Positions 24,482-33,942 of a stretch of 64,000 nucleotides of DNA are shown here, piece after piece (the first letter of the stretch is position 1; every line of letters starts with the position of its first letter). Below the pieces are notes generated by a model. That model did no database searches. It was not told the DNA's origin and saw only the letters and a program-made list of their open reading frames with translations. The position numbers and the translations under genes were made by a program. The stretch is from NCBI GenBank assembly GCA_038060295.1, contig JBBTHR010000011.1, positions 6,610 through 70,609 of the forward strand, in the 5' to 3' direction. The DNA is from Candidatus Eiseniibacteriota bacterium (GTDB taxonomy: Bacteria > Eisenbacteria > RBG-16-71-46 > SZUA-252).

Positions 24482-26269
24482 CTAGAGCGACGAGCCCTCT
24501 TCCGGGAGGAGCATCCGTCGCAGGAGGACCACCGGCAGCGATCCCTGGGAGAGAATCGTGGCGTGGAAGTCGCCGAGCTTGAACGAGGCGCCCTGCGCAC
24601 GCTTCAGGTCGTCGCGGAGCTTCCGGATCTGGAGCGCGCCGAGCGTGTAGACCAGGTAGGTCGGGTCGAAGGCCGCGCGGTAGGCCTCGCGCTGCGCGTT
24701 CACCGGTTCCATTCCCGCGTGATCCTGGAAGTACTGCGTCGCCTCCTCCAACGTCATCCCCTTCGTGTGGACGCGGAGTCCCACCTGGAAGCGGCAGGCG
24801 CGGACGAGCGCCCACTTCAGCATCCCAAACTCCAGCTCGGGATCCCCGCCGCCGTAGCCCTGGTCGAGCATCGCTTCCTCGACGTAGAGGCCCCATCCCT
24901 CGGCGAAGGAGCCGCAACCCGCGGTCTTCCGCGCGAGCGACGTGGCGTTCCGGCCGTAGAGGTAGTGCGCGTAGTGGCCGGGATAAGCCTCGTGGAGGGA
25001 GACCGAGGAGAGCGGTCCGCGGCCGAAGCCCTGGAGGTACTGCTCCGCGCGAGCCGAATCCCAGTCCGCGGCGGGCAGCGAGATGTTGTAGTACCCCTTC
25101 CGCCCCTTCGTCTCCAGGGGACCGGGCGAGTCGAGCGACGCGAACGAGCGGTTGGCGGCGAATTCGGGCGTGGCGCGGACGGTGCAGCGCTCTTCCGACG
25201 GCATGGCCAGAAAACCGGACGAGATGGAGAAGTCGCGCTGCTGCTCCAGCAGCCGCGACGCGACCGCCAGCAGGGAGTCCTTCGGCGGATGATTGCCGCG
25301 GACCTTCGCCAGCGCGTCGGCGACCGTGCCGCCCGGCACCAGTTTCGCCGCGCAGGCGCGGTAGCGGTTCTCCAGCCGATCGAGTTCCCGCGCGCCTATG
25401 GAGAGGAGCGTGTCGAGCGGCGTGTCGACCATCTCGTCGTAGTAGAGCTTCTTCCGGTAGCGCTCGGCGCCCAGGACGAACGAGCCGTCGCTCCGCGGAA
25501 GGAGCGTCTCCTTCATCCAGGCGACGTGCTGCTCCACCGCGGCCTTGGCCCCCTTCAAGGCTACCTCGTACTCGCTCCAGAGCCCGCGGTCCTTCACCGA
25601 GGCGAACGCGCGCGGAATCGTCGCTTCGAGATACGAGATCGTGCCCGGGAATTCGTCGATGGCGAATTCCGTGAAGAGCCGCGGCGGTTTATTCAAGATT
25701 TCGCGCGCCTGCGCGAGGAAGCGGGGCGTCTCGTTCAGGCGGCCCACGATGCTCCGCAGCCGCGCCTCGGGCGGGGCGAATTGCTGCGAGATCAGCGGAT
25801 CGAGGGCCCATCCGACGTTGTAACGGCCGGGATCGGTCTCCCACCGGCGCTCCTCGGTCAGTTCGAAGAGGTCTCCCTCGATCGTCCGACGGTAGAGGTC
25901 GAAGTCGATCTTTCCCATCTCGTCCAGCTGCTCGCGGTCGATCTGCTCCAGCTCCGTGAGCGCCACCCGGATCCGCCGCTCCTCCTGCGCCACCGCGGCC
26001 GGCGCGTAGTCGGGGAGCTTGGCGTCGAATGCGTGCATGCCCGAATTGGTCGCGTGGGGCGGATCGAAGGCGAATCCCGCGTGGACGTACCGCCGGACGA
26101 ATTGCTCGAAGCGTTTCTCCATCAGCGGGAAATGGGCGGCGCGCTTCGACGCCGCTTCGGCGGCCTCCTTCGGCGGCTCCTTCGCGGCGGCGCCCGGCGC
26201 CGCCTGGAGTAGTGAGAACGCCAAGGCGAGCGGCGCGAGGGAAGCGAGTGTAAGACGGCGATCCGTCAT
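24482..26269 (-). CDS. DUF885-family secreted protein (metallopeptidase-like 'HEAYPGH')
   Basis: This is the C-terminal 595 aa of ORF 24482..27076, starting at ATG 26269. Signal peptide is MTDRRLTLASLAPLALAFSLLQAAPGAAA. Motifs are 'VSLHEAYPGHYAHYLY' and 'FAEGWGLYVEEAM'. The start overlaps the TauE stop. Confidence 0.75.
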   Translation of the reverse strand: MTDRRLTLASLAPLALAFSLLQAAPGAAAKEPPKEAAEAASKRAAHFPLMEKRFEQFVRRYVHAGFAFDPPHATNSGMHAFDAKLPDYAPAAVAQEERRIRVALTELEQIDREQLDEMGKIDFDLYRRTIEGDLFELTEERRWETDPGRYNVGWALDPLISQQFAPPEARLRSIVGRLNETPRFLAQAREILNKPPRLFTEFAIDEFPGTISYLEATIPRAFASVKDRGLWSEYEVALKGAKAAVEQHVAWMKETLLPRSDGSFVLGAERYRKKLYYDEMVDTPLDTLLSIGARELDRLENRYRACAAKLVPGGTVADALAKVRGNHPPKDSLLAVASRLLEQQRDFSISSGFLAMPSEERCTVRATPEFAANRSFASLDSPGPLETKGRKGYYNISLPAADWDSARAEQYLQGFGRGPLSSVSLHEAYPGHYAHYLYGRNATSLARKTAGCGSFAEGWGLYVEEAMLDQGYGGGDPELEFGMLKWALVRACRFQVGLRVHTKGMTLEEATQYFQDHAGMEPVNAQREAYRAAFDPTYLVYTLGALQIRKLRDDLKRAQGASFKLGDFHATILSQGSLPVVLLRRMLLPEEGSSL

Positions 26270-27060
26270 ATCGATCCTCCTGCTTGCAGCGATGCCGCCG
26301 GCGATTCGGGACGGCGGGAACCGACGATCATGTGAACCGCCACCACGACGAGAAAGAGCGCGAAGAGACGTGAAAGTACCGGGGCCCGGAGTTCGTGGGC
26401 CAGCGTGGCGCCGAACCACCCTCCCAGCGCCCCTCCCGCCAGGAGGCCCGGGAGGAGCCGCGTGCCGGCGTGGCCGCTCCGAGCATACGAGACGGCTCCG
26501 ACCAATCCGATCGGAACGATGAGGGCGAGCGAGACGCCCTGCGCGGTGTGCTGGCTCAGCCCCTGGCCCAGGACGAGCGCGGGGACGAGAAAGACGCCGC
26601 CGCCGACGCCGAGCAATCCGGCGAGGGTCCCGATTCCGAGGCCGAGGAGCGCGTTCCAGATCGGCGGCCACGGAGCGCCTCCCAGCCCCGCCGGCGGCGC
26701 GAGCAGGAGGCGCCCGGCGGCGGCGAGAACGGCGAGCCCGAACCAGAGCCGCAGGCTTCCCGCGGGGGTCCTCCGGGCGACGGCGGCGCCGATCACGACG
26801 CCGGGAACGGCGCCCAGCGCCAGGATGCCGACCAGGCTCCACGGGACGGAATCGTTTCGGACGTAGGGGACCACGGCGACGACCGCGGTGGCGATGATGA
26901 AGGCGAGCGACGTCCCCTGCGCCTCGTGCTGGGAGTGGTGCAGGAAGTGGAGCAGGAGCGGAACGAGCAGGATTCCCCCGCCCACTCCCATCATCCCGCC
27001 GAGCGCGCCCGAGAGCGCTCCGAAGAGAAGGGGAAGCGCGACAGAGTCCCGAAACGTCAT
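26266..27060 (-). CDS. TauE/SafE (TSUP) family anion exporter
   Basis: 264-aa ORF. The Gly-rich TM motif is duplicated: 'GGMMGVGGGILLVPLLL' and 'LLGVGGGVFLVPALVL'. There are about eight hydrophobic helices. Confidence 0.8.
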   Translation of the reverse strand: MTFRDSVALPLLFGALSGALGGMMGVGGGILLVPLLLHFLHHSQHEAQGTSLAFIIATAVVAVVPYVRNDSVPWSLVGILALGAVPGVVIGAAVARRTPAGSLRLWFGLAVLAAAGRLLLAPPAGLGGAPWPPIWNALLGLGIGTLAGLLGVGGGVFLVPALVLGQGLSQHTAQGVSLALIVPIGLVGAVSYARSGHAGTRLLPGLLAGGALGGWFGATLAHELRAPVLSRLFALFLVVVAVHMIVGSRRPESPAASLQAGGSI

Positions 27061-27154
27061 CCGCCGAACCTATCACAGCCGGCCGGGACGCGCCTTCGTT
27101 GACTTGACGGCTCCGCGGTCGGTACGCTAACGCTTCGCGCTTCGGCGCACCGCC

Positions 27155-28576
27155 ATGCTCCTCAATATCCAGAAGCTCCGCCCGCGCGTCCTCTGGACGC
27201 TAGCTTTTCTCGGCGCGCTCGTGCTCGCCGTGAACGCGACCATTTTTCTTTCCATCCGCACCTCGGAGCGGCTCCTGGACCAGGAATTGGGGAAGCGCCT
27301 GGAGGGAACTGCCCAGATCGCGGGGCTCCTGGTGAAGCCGGAGCATTTCGCCGCGCTGGTGCGCCTGGCGGACGCGGCGGCCACCGGCGAAGCGTCGCCG
27401 TCCCGGCGCGCGGCCGAGGCGCTGGCCGACACGGGCGCGGTCGACTTCGTCTCGCAGATGGACGCCATCGACGCCGCCGACGCCGTGCGCGAGGAGTGGC
27501 GGAAGCTGGCCGAGGGGGCCGACGCCTCGAACGTCGTTCTCCTCGACGCCCGATCGCGCGTGCTCCTTCGCCTCCGCCAGCCGTTCGGATTCGAGCCCGA
27601 CGTGCTCACGCTCGACCAGGCGGCGCTGGCGCGCGCGCTCATCGGCGAGGCGGCCCACTCGGCGCTCTACGAGAAGGACGGCGAGTACCTCCGCTCCGGC
27701 TACGCGCCGGTCTCCGACGCCGACGGCTCGGCGCTCGGCGCCGTCGTCGTCGAAGGGGCGTCGTCGGCGTTTCGGCCGCTCACCCTGATCCGCACCTCGC
27801 TCTACGGGACCGCGATCTTCGCGTCGCTCCTGGTCATCCTGATCGGGCTCGGGTACGTCCGCACGGTCGGACACCTGGGACAGATCGAGGAGAACCTGCG
27901 CCACACCGACGTCCTGGCCACGATCGGGCAGGTGGCGGCCGGCGTGGCGCACGAGATCCGGAATCCGCTCGAGGTGCTTCGCGGGGCGTCTTCCCGTCTC
28001 CAGCGCGGCGACGCGCTTCCGGCCGCGGAGCGGGCCGATCTTCTCCGGATGATCAACGAGGAGGTGGACCGCATGGGGGGCTTCGTTCAGAGCTTCCTCG
28101 ACCTCTCGCGGCGTCCGAAGGGGGAGCCGGAGTCGTTCGCCCTGAAGCCGGTCCTCCTCCGGGCGCTCGACATCCTTCGCGTGGAGCTGGATCGCTCGAA
28201 GATCTCGCTCGATCTCGAGTGGAACGCACCGGAGTCGCTCATGGTGGACGGAGATCCCCACGCGCTCCACCACGTCTTCCTGAACCTCGCGCTGAACGCC
28301 CGCGACATCATGCCCGGCGGCGGCCGGCTGAGAGTCCGCGTGCTGGAGCGCCGCGGGCAGGCGCGCCTCTACTTCGAGGACACGGGACCCGGCGTCCCGT
28401 TCGAGTTGCGAAGCAAGATCTTCAAGCCGTTCTTCACGACGCGCGCCAAGGGGACCGGGCTCGGCCTCGCCTTCGTGGAACGAATCGTCTCGGAGCACGG
28501 CGGATCGGTTACAGTTGGAGCCGCCCCCGGCGGCGGCGCGCAGTTCGAAATTCGCCTCCCGGTCCAGGGCGGCTAG
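27155..28576 (+). CDS. sensor histidine kinase (two TM segments, ~190-aa extracytoplasmic loop)
   Basis: 473-aa ORF. H-box is 'AAGVAHEIRNPLEVL', N box is 'LNLALNARDIMP', and G boxes are 'FEDTGPGVP' and 'TTRAKGTGLGLAFV'. A TTGACT-N18-TACGCT promoter-like pair lies in 27100-27135. Confidence 0.85.
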   Translation: MLLNIQKLRPRVLWTLAFLGALVLAVNATIFLSIRTSERLLDQELGKRLEGTAQIAGLLVKPEHFAALVRLADAAATGEASPSRRAAEALADTGAVDFVSQMDAIDAADAVREEWRKLAEGADASNVVLLDARSRVLLRLRQPFGFEPDVLTLDQAALARALIGEAAHSALYEKDGEYLRSGYAPVSDADGSALGAVVVEGASSAFRPLTLIRTSLYGTAIFASLLVILIGLGYVRTVGHLGQIEENLRHTDVLATIGQVAAGVAHEIRNPLEVLRGASSRLQRGDALPAAERADLLRMINEEVDRMGGFVQSFLDLSRRPKGEPESFALKPVLLRALDILRVELDRSKISLDLEWNAPESLMVDGDPHALHHVFLNLALNARDIMPGGGRLRVRVLERRGQARLYFEDTGPGVPFELRSKIFKPFFTTRAKGTGLGLAFVERIVSEHGGSVTVGAAPGGGAQFEIRLPVQGG

Positions 28577-28599
28577 ACATCCAGGGAGCGAAACGCATC

Positions 28600-30000
28600 A
28601 TGGCCGAGCGGATCCTCGTCGCGGAAGATCAGGACAATCTTTGCCGCCTCATCCAGACGACGCTCGCGGAGCAGGGGTACGAGGTGTCGGTGGCCCTGGG
28701 CGGAGACGCCGCGATCCACGAGCTCCGCAATCGCGTCTTCGACCTGGTCGTCTCCGACATGCGCATGCCGGGCGCCAGCGGCATCGAAGTCTTCCGCCAG
28801 GCGCGCGCCCAGAGCTACCTGCCCGACGTGATCCTCATGACCGCCTTCGGCGACACGCGCGAGGCGGTCCAGATGATGAAGGAAGGCGCCTCCGACTACA
28901 TCCTGAAGGACAATCTCCTGGAAGAACTTCCGGTCCGCGTTCGCCAGGTGCTCGAGACGAGGAAACTGAAATCCGACTCGAGGCTCCTTCAGGGGCGGAT
29001 CGACACGCTGCAGGAGCAGATCCACGTCCATCGCTTCGACTCGATCGTGGGCCAGAGCGCCGCCATGCGCGACGCCCTGAATCTCGCGAAGCGGGTGGCC
29101 CCGACCGACGCCAGCGTGCTCATCACCGGGGAGAGCGGAACGGGGAAGGAAGTCTTCGCGCAGGCGATCCACGCGGCCAGCCACCGCGCCAAGGCGCCCT
29201 TCGTGCCGGTCAATTGCGGTGCCCTGCCGGAGAATCTCCTGGAATCGGAACTCTTCGGGCACGAGCGCGGCGCCTTCACCGGGGCGGTGCGGACGAAGCC
29301 CGGCCGCTTCGAAGTCGCGGACGGCGGCACCGTCTTCCTGGACGAGATTGGCGAGTTGCCGCAGAGCATCCAGGTGAAGTTGCTCCGCTTTCTCCAAGAT
29401 CATACCTACGTCCGAGTCGGTGGGGAGGAGATGCGCCGCACCGACGTTCGCATCCTTGCCGCGACGAACCGGAGCCTGGAGGAGATGATTCGCGAGGGAA
29501 AGTTCCGGGAAGATCTCTACTACCGGCTGAACGTCTTCCCGATCCGCCTGGTGCCGCTCCGCGAGCGCCGCGAAGACGTGCCTCCGCTGGTGGCCCATTT
29601 CCTCACGACGCACGACCGGGCGCTCTCCGACTTGCGGCCCGAGGCGCTCGACTATCTGAAGAGCTACGATTTCCCGGGGAACATCCGCGAGCTGCAGAAC
29701 CTGATCGAGCGCGCCTGCATTCTGGCCGGCCCCGGGTCGATCGACCGGCACCATTTCCCGATCGAGCGGGGGCGGTTGGCCGCCGACTCCGGCGATCTTC
29801 TCTCGATGGGATTGAGCATCGATCAGATGGAACGCCGCATGATCCTCGAGGCGCTGGAACGGGCGCAGGGAAACAAGACCCGCGCCGCCGCGCTCCTGGG
29901 AATCAGCCGTCGCGCCCTCTATTCACGCATGGAAAGCCACGCGATCCCGATCGGGGGAGGCGATCCGGAGACCGCGGAGGCCGGGCCGGCGAGCGCCTGA
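28600..30000 (+). CDS. sigma-54-dependent response regulator (NtrC family: REC-AAA+-HTH)
   Basis: ORF 27496..30000 trimmed to ATG 28600. REC motif is 'DLVVSDMRMPGASG', Walker A is 'GESGTGKE', the sigma-54 contact loop is 'ERGAFTGA', and the Fis-type HTH is 'NKTRAAALLGISRRALYSRM'. Confidence 0.9.
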   Translation: MAERILVAEDQDNLCRLIQTTLAEQGYEVSVALGGDAAIHELRNRVFDLVVSDMRMPGASGIEVFRQARAQSYLPDVILMTAFGDTREAVQMMKEGASDYILKDNLLEELPVRVRQVLETRKLKSDSRLLQGRIDTLQEQIHVHRFDSIVGQSAAMRDALNLAKRVAPTDASVLITGESGTGKEVFAQAIHAASHRAKAPFVPVNCGALPENLLESELFGHERGAFTGAVRTKPGRFEVADGGTVFLDEIGELPQSIQVKLLRFLQDHTYVRVGGEEMRRTDVRILAATNRSLEEMIREGKFREDLYYRLNVFPIRLVPLRERREDVPPLVAHFLTTHDRALSDLRPEALDYLKSYDFPGNIRELQNLIERACILAGPGSIDRHHFPIERGRLAADSGDLLSMGLSIDQMERRMILEALERAQGNKTRAAALLGISRRALYSRMESHAIPIGGGDPETAEAGPASA

Positions 30001-30152
30001 CGGGGACCGAATCTGGTCGTACGGGCCGGTACGCGGCGGCCCAAAGACGAGCATCCCGGCATGCCGCTCTCTCCGGGTCCACGCGGTGCGACGGGGCCGC
30101 AGTCCGAACGGCCACATGGAGTTCGCCGGTCGCGCCATCCCTAACTTCCTTC

Positions 30153-30169
30153 CTGGCATAGAGTTTGCC
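30153..30169 (+). promoter_or_regulatory. sigma-54 (-24/-12) promoter
   Basis: cTGGCATagagtTTGCc, with GG at 30155-30156 and GC at 30167-30168 (exact GG-N10-GC spacing). This matches the TGGCAC-N5-TTGC consensus at 9 of 10 defined positions. It lies 64 nt upstream of ATG 30232 and directly downstream of the NtrC-type activator gene. The palindromes CGTACGGGCCGGTACG (30018-30033) and CGGCATGCCG (30057-30066) sit at enhancer-like distance. Confidence 0.6.
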
Positions 30170-30231
30170 TTCACAACCACACCGTACTCATGCCGGAATC
30201 GACCCATGGACATTGACCACACAGCTACCTC

Positions 30232-31401
30232 ATGAATCGCGCCCTGAATCGTCGGCGCCCGCTCGGGCTCGCGAGCGTGATGGCGTTCGCCCTGTTCTTC
30301 GTCTGGGAGGCCTCTCCTTCTCACGCCGAGGAACCGCAAGAACCCGTCGCGCCCCTGGCGCTCTACGCCCTAGCGCCTGATTCGACCGCCTCGTCGCCGG
30401 GGCCCTCGTCGAAGCCGTCCGAGCCTCCGGCCTCCTCACTCACCACCGCTGGGAGCGTCCCCGCACCGGTCACGCCATCCGAGTCGGCTGCCGGCACGGC
30501 GCCCACAGAGACGATCGATGCGACGGCCGCGCCGAAGGGCGATCCAACCGTCACGCCGAAGATGGAATCTCCCGCCGCGCCGAAGCCGGCGGCCAGGAAC
30601 GTCCGGAAGGGGAAGCGGACGGCGAGCGCCGCGACGAAGCCGAAGCAGCCGGCCGCGGAGCCTCCCGACGAGGGCGTTCGCGCGCGCCAGGAACTGGAGC
30701 GGACGGAGCCGATCCTTCGCTCCGTGAAGGCGAAGGTGGTCCGCTCGTTCAACAAGAAGGCGCGCGAGGAATTCGAAACGGCGACCGCCCGCCAGCGCGA
30801 GGCTCGCGAGGCGCTGGGCGAGAATCTCTACGCCCGCGCCGAGCGGCTCACGATGGAGGCGCGGAGCATCGCGCGGGAGATCGCTGTTCACCTCGGCCCG
30901 CCCGAGGACGACGCGGACTACGTCGCGATGACGCTCGACCGGACCGACGACGCGCTGGGGCGCGCGCGCGAAGTGCTTCGCGAAGCCGGCACGGCGCCGG
31001 AGCGGAACCGCCTGACCGCGCTGGAGCGGCGTCAGAAGGAAGCGCGGCGGCTCTACAAGGACGGCTCGACCCGCCGCGCCTACGCCTCGACGCGGGAGGT
31101 CCGCGACGGCGTTCTGACGCTGCTTCGCGAATGCGACGAGCTGCCGGTCCGGGAGGAGACGGCGGAGAAGGCGCTGAAGCGGGCGTCGCGTTCCCTGGAG
31201 CAGGCGAAGGGGGAACTGGGGGAGCGGCTCAACCCGGCAGCCGAGCGGCTGGCGCGGGAAGCGCGCGCCCAGATGGCGAAGGCGCGCGTCGCCTTCGCGC
31301 GGAAGAACTACCGCGACACGCTTCTCCACTCGAAGCTGGTGGAGCGGAATCTGGAATTAGCGGTCAGCGCCCAGCGGTCGTCTACGAATCGCAGCGGATG
31401 A
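30232..31401 (+). CDS. secreted helical Arg/Glu/Ala-rich protein, function unknown (DUF4398-like helices?)
   Basis: 389-aa ORF. Signal peptide is 'RRRPLGLASVMAFALFFVWEASPSHA'. A ~120-aa Pro/Ser/Thr/Ala linker is followed by long amphipathic helices ('NLYARAERLTMEARSIAREIA', 'AERLAREARAQMAKARVAFARKNY'). Confidence 0.6.
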   Translation: MNRALNRRRPLGLASVMAFALFFVWEASPSHAEEPQEPVAPLALYALAPDSTASSPGPSSKPSEPPASSLTTAGSVPAPVTPSESAAGTAPTETIDATAAPKGDPTVTPKMESPAAPKPAARNVRKGKRTASAATKPKQPAAEPPDEGVRARQELERTEPILRSVKAKVVRSFNKKAREEFETATARQREAREALGENLYARAERLTMEARSIAREIAVHLGPPEDDADYVAMTLDRTDDALGRAREVLREAGTAPERNRLTALERRQKEARRLYKDGSTRRAYASTREVRDGVLTLLRECDELPVREETAEKALKRASRSLEQAKGELGERLNPAAERLAREARAQMAKARVAFARKNYRDTLLHSKLVERNLELAVSAQRSSTNRSG

Positions 31402-33043
31402 CGACGACGGTCACGTCGTCCACCAGCTGGGCGGCGTTCGTGAACTTCACCACCTCCGCGATCAACTCGTTGACCAGTTTCTCGGGCGGCAGGTCCCTGT
31501 GCCCGCGGAGGAAGGCTTCCAGGCGCTCCTCGCCGTACTCCTCGCCCTCGGGACTCCGGGCCTCCGTCACGCCGTCGCTGTAGAGCGTCAGGACATCGCC
31601 AGCCCTCAGCGTGATCGTCGCCGTCTCGTAGACCGCCTCCGGGAATACTCCCAGGAGGAGGCCCCCCACCGACAGCGTCTCCAGCGTCCCGTCCGCGCGG
31701 AGCAGGTAGGGTGGGTTGTGGCCGCCGTTCACGTACGCGACCTCCCCCGACTCTCCGTTCACCATCGTGACCATCAGGGTGATGAAGCGCTCCCCCTGGA
31801 CGGTCTCGTAGATGGAGCGGTTGAGGCGCGACGTCAGATCGGTGATCGGCCGTCCCACCTCGACCTGGGCGCGCATGGTGGCGCGGAGATCGGTCATGAG
31901 AAGCGCCGCCGCCATCCCCTTGCCTGCCACGTCCCCGAGGCTGACGATCATGCGGCCGTCGGGACCGGGCACGAAATCGAAGTAGTCGCCGCCGACGTCG
32001 AACGACGGGACGTTCTTGCCGGCGATGTCCATCCGTCCCACCTTCCGCGCGCCGGTCGGCAGGAGCGACTGCTGAAGCGTCGCCGCGCGTTTCAGCTCCG
32101 CCTCCAACCGCTGCTGGCGCTGCAGCTCTTCGTGCGACTCGGTCTCCCGGATTTTCATCGCCGCGAGGTGGGCCAGAAAGGTGAGGATGCGGAGGTCCGA
32201 CTCCTCGAAGGGGACCACCGCGGCCGTGTTGTCGACGTAGAGAAGCCCCAGCACGTCGGTGTCGTGCCAGAGCGGGACGCACATGGCCGAGTGGATCCGC
32301 TGTTGGATGACGCTCTGCTGCCCCTTGAAGCGAGTGTCCGCCATGGCGTTTCCGATCAGGACAGCCTGGCGCTGCTCGATGGTGTTCTTCGCGATGGTCC
32401 GGCTGACCACGATGTCGCCGGCCGTCGCGTTGCCGCTCAGCATCACCGCCTTCGCTGCCAGCTCGCCCCCCTCTTCCAGCAGGAGGAGCGCCGTGCGGTC
32501 GGCGCGGAGCACCTCCGACGCAAGCGTGACGATGAACTGGTAGAGCTCGTTCAGCGGGCGGTGGACGATCAGCGCCTGGCCGATCCGGTCCATCGCCTTC
32601 AGGAACGAGCCGACCCGCTCCGGCGACATATTGCGGGCGAAGGCGCGCGTGTCGGTCCCCGCGCTGAGCGACTCCAGGGGAACCGACGTCATGTTCGCGG
32701 GCGCGGCCACGTCGGCGAGGCGCGCCGAGGCGGAGGCGCTCTCGGAGGAGAAGACGAGCTGGAACGACCCCACCTGAAGGCCGTCGCCCTGCTTCAGGCG
32801 CTTCGGCCCCTCGATGAGATTGCCGTTCACCTTCGTCCCGTTCTTGCTTCCGAGGTCCTCCACCCACCACCCGTCCTCGCGGGAGAAGAGGCGCGCGTGC
32901 TGACGCGAGACGGAGGAATCCGTGAGGACGATCCGATTCTCGGGGGCGCGTCCGAGACCGCACGGGGTGTCGGCGTGCAGATCGATCCGTTCCGGGTTCG
33001 CGCCCGGGCGGCGCACAAGAAGGTACTGGTCGAGTAGGTTCAT
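31382..33043 (-). CDS. FHA-GAF-PP2C (SpoIIE-type) serine/threonine phosphatase
   Basis: 553-aa ORF. FHA motif is 'LGRAPENRIVLTDSSVSRQHARL...GSKNGTKVNG'. A central GAF-like region is followed by the PP2C motifs 'VGGDYFDF', 'LGDVAGKGMAAALLM' and 'YSDGVTEA'. Confidence 0.85.
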   Translation of the reverse strand: MNLLDQYLLVRRPGANPERIDLHADTPCGLGRAPENRIVLTDSSVSRQHARLFSREDGWWVEDLGSKNGTKVNGNLIEGPKRLKQGDGLQVGSFQLVFSSESASASARLADVAAPANMTSVPLESLSAGTDTRAFARNMSPERVGSFLKAMDRIGQALIVHRPLNELYQFIVTLASEVLRADRTALLLLEEGGELAAKAVMLSGNATAGDIVVSRTIAKNTIEQRQAVLIGNAMADTRFKGQQSVIQQRIHSAMCVPLWHDTDVLGLLYVDNTAAVVPFEESDLRILTFLAHLAAMKIRETESHEELQRQQRLEAELKRAATLQQSLLPTGARKVGRMDIAGKNVPSFDVGGDYFDFVPGPDGRMIVSLGDVAGKGMAAALLMTDLRATMRAQVEVGRPITDLTSRLNRSIYETVQGERFITLMVTMVNGESGEVAYVNGGHNPPYLLRADGTLETLSVGGLLLGVFPEAVYETATITLRAGDVLTLYSDGVTEARSPEGEEYGEERLEAFLRGHRDLPPEKLVNELIAEVVKFTNAAQLVDDVTVVVIRCDS

Positions 33044-33099
33044 GGGGCGTTAGTCTCCAACCTTCGCCCCGCCGAATCAACCGGTAACCGAGGGAGCCT

Positions 33100-33942
33100 A
33101 TGAGGCTTTCGTTCGAAGACGCGTTCAGCTCGGCCTTCGAAGCCGCGCGTGGATTCCGGTGGACGGAATACGCGCCGTTCTTCTGGATCCTCGCCACTCA
33201 ATGGATCTTCCTGGCGCTGAGCACTCAGCTTCATACCGGGTGGGCCATGAGCATCGTCGCCCCCCTCGCGCGCCTCGCCGGCGGCGAAGCGCACCTCCAT
33301 TACCCCGGCTTTTTCGGGTATCTCTCGATTCTCTTGGGATGGCTGGAGAGTTTTCTCTACGCGATTCCAGGGGCCGTGCTCATTCCACTCGCCCTGCTCC
33401 GATTGTACGCCCGCACCGATCGGGCACTCTCTCTCGGCGCAGGTGCCGCGTCGCGCCTCGCCGGCGCCTTCCTTCCGACGCTGGTCTCCGGACTGGCCGG
33501 GATCGGCGCCATCTGGGGCTGGCAACGCTATGCCTCCCCCGTCGTGACATCCTCGATCCGGGGCGCCGTGACGGGGTCGCTGGGAGGCCTGCTCGGATGG
33601 CTCGCCATCACGCTGGGTAGCTACGTCATCTTGACGCTCCTGCTCTACGTTCCGGTCGCCGCGGTGCAGGCGAGGACGAATCCGATTCGGGCCTTCGCGT
33701 ACGGAATCCGGTTCGGCCTCCGCTCCTGGCCGCTCACGCTGACATTCGCCATTCTGTTCGGGATTCCCGCCATCTTGGTGCAATTCATGATCGAGCGGCA
33801 GGGGACGCTGCTTCTGGCCCGCCTTCGTCCCGAACTCGTGACGGTTCTCTTGGGCCTCTACGCGGCCGTGACCAGCATGGCGACCTACTTCACCTACGCC
33901 GCCGCCGCCCGCCTCTATCGATTCGCACGGGGAGACGAGTGA
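33100..33942 (+). CDS. integral membrane protein, function unknown
   Basis: 280-aa ORF with about six hydrophobic helices. Its stop overlaps the start of the TPR lipoprotein gene (ATGA at 33939). I recognise no family. Confidence 0.55.
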   Translation: MRLSFEDAFSSAFEAARGFRWTEYAPFFWILATQWIFLALSTQLHTGWAMSIVAPLARLAGGEAHLHYPGFFGYLSILLGWLESFLYAIPGAVLIPLALLRLYARTDRALSLGAGAASRLAGAFLPTLVSGLAGIGAIWGWQRYASPVVTSSIRGAVTGSLGGLLGWLAITLGSYVILTLLLYVPVAAVQARTNPIRAFAYGIRFGLRSWPLTLTFAILFGIPAILVQFMIERQGTLLLARLRPELVTVLLGLYAAVTSMATYFTYAAAARLYRFARGDE

